Assembly: GCA_964641455.1 (NCBI GenBank)
Contig: CAZXLH010000002.1
Location: 50,774-114,773 of the forward strand
DNA from: an uncultured Eubacteriales bacterium
GTDB lineage: Bacteria; Bacillota; Sulfobacillia; Fermentithermobacillales; Fermentithermobacillaceae
Reading direction: 5' to 3'
Length of the DNA stretch: 64,000 nucleotides
The stretch's first letter is position 1, and each line of letters starts with the position of its first letter. Shown one piece after another: positions 61,994 through 64,000 of the stretch. Position numbers and translations under genes: made by a program. The notes under the pieces are model-generated. The model ran no database searches and was not told where the DNA came from. It saw only the letters and a list, made by a program, of their open reading frames with translations.

Positions 61994-63394
61994 TTAACTA
62001 CCGGAGTCTGCTAACATCCAATCCCAAATTGCCATGTATTCCTCTTTGGTCATCAGAGGCTCAAATTCATCAACTATTTCCTTACCAACTACAGCATTAT
62101 CCCATAAAAGATCTATCGTTGTGAGCGCAAGCAATTTAGCCGGTAAAATATATGCTGTGTCAGGATCGTCTACCATGTACTCCTCAGAATGCGCAGCTCC
62201 TTTGGCTCCTCCGCACGAGGGGTGAATAGCCGGCAGAATATGCATTATGTCTCCCATATCAGATGATCCGGTGCTATGAGCGCCCATCCCAACCATATGC
62301 TTTCCTACAAGGTTTTCCGCATTATCTCTAAGCACAAGATCAAGCAATTGGTTGCTCCACCTTGGAAGATAACCCGGAATATCTTCTATCTCAACTTGTG
62401 CGCCTATAGCATCTGCACCGGCCCTAAGCGCCTTTGTTACCTTTCTGTTGGCATCTTTGATTGCTTCCAGGGATTTACCTCTTACGTAAGTTTCCAGCCT
62501 GACATCTGCCGGAACAACGTTAACAAGATCTCCTCCTTTAGTAATAATTGGGTGCACCCTAATATGATCTTCGTCTTTGAACGTTTCTCGATGAAGGTGG
62601 ATTCCCATGAGCCCTAACATTGCAGCATTAAGAGCATTAACACCCAAATGAGGTGTTGCCCCTGCATGAGCCTCTTTGCCCTTATACCTTACAAGTTTTC
62701 CGATAAACCCGTTGGAAGTTCCGCCTACAATGATCTTTTTGTCAGGCCCAAGAGCCGCCATGTGCACCAGCATTGCAATATCGATGTCGTCAAAGAATCC
62801 CCTAGCCAAAAGTTCTTGCTTACCTCCAAGAAACCGGATCTTGCCTTCTTTCCTGAGTTTTTGCCTGTATTCTACTTCAACATACTCTTCGGCAGGCACT
62901 CCAAGAAAAGTAATTTTGCCTGACAAAAACTCCATTGCACCGGAACTTACAAGCCCAATGGCGGAACCTATCATGGAAGCTACCTGTCCGTTATGGCCAC
63001 ACGCGTGAGCCGCTCCGGTCATAGGGTCAGCGTATGGATGGCCAGGGCATACTACAGCATCAAGTTCACCCATAATGCACACGTTAGGCCCATCGTTCAT
63101 CGAATCCAGTACTCCGGATACACCGGTTATCCCAAGACTATCAGTGATATCCAGGCCAAGTTCGCCAAAACACTGCTTGACGAGTGTTGAGGTTCTAACC
63201 TCTTTATATCCAAGTTCTGGATGGGCCATTATATCTTGTCCAAGATCTATGATTTTCTTCCGGTTATTATCTATTTGGTGCATTACTGCATATTTTAACT
63301 TATCTTTGGTCATAGAGCTAATCTGCCTGCCTTTCGAATTGCTATAGCACTGTATTAGTTTTTCTATTACACGTCTCTGATTTCCTTTAAACAT
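61994..63394 (-). CDS. M20D-family amidohydrolase/peptidase.
   Basis: The translation contains HACGHNG and a metal-binding Asp/Glu pattern. The true start is probably the internal MTKDKLKY at about 63313. Confidence 0.7.
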   Translation of the reverse strand: MFKGNQRRVIEKLIQCYSNSKGRQISSMTKDKLKYAVMHQIDNNRKKIIDLGQDIMAHPELGYKEVRTSTLVKQCFGELGLDITDSLGITGVSGVLDSMNDGPNVCIMGELDAVVCPGHPYADPMTGAAHACGHNGQVASMIGSAIGLVSSGAMEFLSGKITFLGVPAEEYVEVEYRQKLRKEGKIRFLGGKQELLARGFFDDIDIAMLVHMAALGPDKKIIVGGTSNGFIGKLVRYKGKEAHAGATPHLGVNALNAAMLGLMGIHLHRETFKDEDHIRVHPIITKGGDLVNVVPADVRLETYVRGKSLEAIKDANRKVTKALRAGADAIGAQVEIEDIPGYLPRWSNQLLDLVLRDNAENLVGKHMVGMGAHSTGSSDMGDIMHILPAIHPSCGGAKGAAHSEEYMVDDPDTAYILPAKLLALTTIDLLWDNAVVGKEIVDEFEPLMTKEEYMAIWDWMLADSGS

Positions 63395-63405
63395 ATAGGC
63401 AATCT

Positions 63406-63438
63406 TAGAGCGCCTGGATTTCCCAGCCAGGCGCTCTA
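63406..63438. other. Perfect 12-bp-stem hairpin (TAGAGCGCCTGG / CCAGGCGCTCTA) lying between two genes on the same strand.
   Basis: The hairpin was read from the sequence. AAAAAG follows it on the plus strand, so a minus-strand T-run would sit upstream of the stem rather than downstream. Confidence 0.4.
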
Positions 63439-63501
63439 AAAAGTTTCCCTATGTAAATCTAAGATATACCCTTAATTAAGGTTGGCCTGGGATAATCAAT
63501 A

Positions 63502-64000
63502 CTAAAAACCCATAAATTCTTGCACTATCTCCCGAACTCCTTCAGAAAACGGTTTTTGAGCTACGTAAGGCACATTTCGTTTGACTATTTCATGAGCATT
63601 GCTGACAGTTGCTTTCATACCCGACCATATCAGCATGTCAAGATCGTTAAGGCCGTCTCCAATTGCCAAGACCTCTTCCCTGTCTACGTTCATAGAATTG
63701 GTTAGCAGCTTAAGAGCTTTGGCTTTGGATACTCCCGGTGGCTGAATTTCAAGCAAGTGTGGCATGCTTTTGATCACTGTTACTTTCGGTTGCCACCTGG
63801 CATTCAGACTGGCCAGAATTCGGTCAGATTGCTCTGCAGGCACTCTCAATACAATTTGGGTTGGAGATCCTGGAATCTCCCTTAGAGAATCAACTATGTT
63901 TATTTTGTATCCTAACACGTCTGAATACCGCTGTGTTTCGGCACCTTTTACGTGGGTGTACATATCCTTGCTCACCACAAAGTAAAACGGGTATTCAAGT
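63502..64000 (-). CDS. Cof-type HAD-IIB hydrolase, 3-prime portion only; the 5-prime end runs past the window edge.
   Basis: The translation contains the C-terminal motifs (LAIGDGLNDLDML). The reading frame stays open up to position 64000. Confidence 0.65.
   Translation of the reverse strand, partial: LEYPFYFVVSKDMYTHVKGAETQRYSDVLGYKINIVDSLREIPGSPTQIVLRVPAEQSDRILASLNARWQPKVTVIKSMPHLLEIQPPGVSKAKALKLLTNSMNVDREEVLAIGDGLNDLDMLIWSGMKATVSNAHEIVKRNVPYVAQKPFSEGVREIVQEFMGF

Overview
This 64-kb window looks like core chromosome of a spore-forming Firmicute, Clostridia- or Bacillus-like in gene content, at roughly mid-40s % GC. I inferred protein identities by recognising the ORF translations from memory; nothing was searched against a database. 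Three gene neighbourhoods match the Bacillus subtilis core layout. These are sigG-spoIIR-ylmC ... yggS(ylmE)-divIVA; ylyA-lspA-rluD-pyrE; and spoVK-hflX-ynbB with lexA beside them, plus cinA-recA-recX-rny-ymdB-spoVS. An opp/dpp-type oligopeptide ABC operon carries a YkfC-like SH3b+NlpC/P60 lipoprotein between oppC and oppD. The window also holds mutS-mutL, the tRNA-modification genes miaA, miaB, thiI plus cysteine desulfurase and ttcA, hfq, an ADP-forming acetyl-CoA synthetase, asnS, rodZ, an MrfA/YprA-like helicase with a DUF1998 4-Cys tail, and cell-wall enzymes. I found no CRISPR array, rRNA, tRNA, transposase or recognisable phage gene. The most unusual stretch is about 12.0-14.1 kb. It contains a repeat-rich intergenic region with a 27-bp direct repeat and three AGCTGTA-N9-TACAG palindromes, followed by a ~1.2-kb AT-rich island with no credible ORF that is bracketed by inverted tandem TATAGGG(T) motifs. 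Other items worth a second look are an unrecognised ~184-aa protein inserted in the rny-ymdB-spoVS operon, a short single-TM FtsH-like protease coupled to a small membrane protein, a two-Walker-A ATPase, and the absence of a canonical Cheo box in front of lexA. I cannot point to a clearly novel multi-gene system from the sequence alone.
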